Below are positions 63,275 to 63,426 of a stretch of DNA of 63,426 nucleotides, piece after piece. The position numbers were made by a program, and so were the translations under genes. The DNA is taken from assembly GCA_031409775.1 (NCBI GenBank), contig JANNXY010000034.1, positions 1-63,426 on the forward strand, written 5' to 3'. This stretch comes from a bacterium (GTDB lineage: Bacteria; Patescibacteriota; Minisyncoccia; Phycocordibacterales; CAIZIN01). How positions within the stretch are numbered: the stretch's first letter is position 1; each line of letters begins with the position of its first letter. Below the pieces are notes generated by a model. It worked only from the letters and a program-made list of their open reading frames with translations, ran no database searches and was not told the DNA's origin.

Positions 63275-63352
63275 TCTCCAAATGTGTAACTATCCACACC
63301 TCCCACCACTCTCTCCCTAGTCAGTCAACCTTGACCATGGTAAAATGTAAAG

Positions 63353-63426
63353 GTGAAATTGACCCCAGAAGAAATCAAGATGCGCCTTCTAGAACTCTGC
63401 AATCTCCGAGTTCTTCACAAGAGAGC
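63353..63426 (+). CDS. partial CDS running off the window end (unknown product)
   Basis: TGGTAAAAT -10 box ends 6 nt before GTG 63353. The open frame MKLTPEEIKMRLLELCNLRVLHKR... continues to the window edge. Confidence 0.3.
   Translation, partial: MKLTPEEIKMRLLELCNLRVLHKR

Noticed and set aside
1-63426. CRISPR arrays, rRNA genes, transposases/IS elements, prophage genes
   Set aside because: Scanned for regularly spaced direct repeats, rRNA-like conserved stretches and DDE, serine or tyrosine mobility genes. The only recombinase is a Xer-type enzyme in a housekeeping-like context. None found.
1-63426. Alternative genetic code (UGA read as sense, as in some CPR-related lineages)
   Set aside because: Well-conserved genes terminate at their expected C-termini on TGA (e.g. 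livF at 23139) as well as on TAA/TAG. No family alignment required reading through TGA.

Overview
This window looks like chromosomal DNA from a small-genome, Patescibacteria/CPR-like bacterium; that taxonomic call is inference from gene content. It spans the replication origin: yidC-rnpA-rpmH lie on the minus strand, diverging from dnaA-dnaN, with DnaA boxes and an AT-rich tract between dnaA and dnaN. Housekeeping genes include cca, tag, xth, a Xer-type recombinase, rpsO, comM, pcrA, rsmA, tyrS, ruvC, yebC, a class A PBP and two M23 peptidases. They are interleaved with many accessory modules. There are at least seven toxin-antitoxin pairs (MazF/PemK, RelE/YafQ, PIN, an XRE-Panacea antitoxin), a Fic protein, three NYN/LabA RNase-like genes, three TrmB-like regulators and a DUF4143-type AAA ATPase. 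A branched-chain amino-acid ABC transporter (liv) is present but broken into pieces by unrelated insertions and carries a remnant of a second binding-protein gene. The largest block (about 34.8-50.4 kb, directly next to the origin) is a Gram-positive-style type IV secretion/pilus-like cluster. It contains a PrgI/VirB3-like protein, VirB4, a VirB6/TrbL-like protein and a pilin-like protein fused to an M15 peptidase, plus several secreted proteins of unknown function. No relaxase or coupling protein is visible in the window. Three signals are not explained by ordinary annotation. First, a solitary PemK/MazF-like RNase gene family (one intact copy, two decayed) and two NYN genes are each paired with a minimal minus-strand near-consensus promoter followed by a hairpin, a candidate antisense or cis small RNA. 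These are embedded in a triplicated promoter/start-codon repeat inside the T4SS cluster. Second, a -10 box sits 6-9 nt from the start codon of many genes and Shine-Dalgarno sequences are largely absent, suggesting leaderless expression. Third, there are two structured non-coding candidates (33.86-34.06 kb and 63.13-63.22 kb) and a perfect 36-bp palindrome operator candidate. No rRNA, CRISPR array, transposase or prophage was seen.
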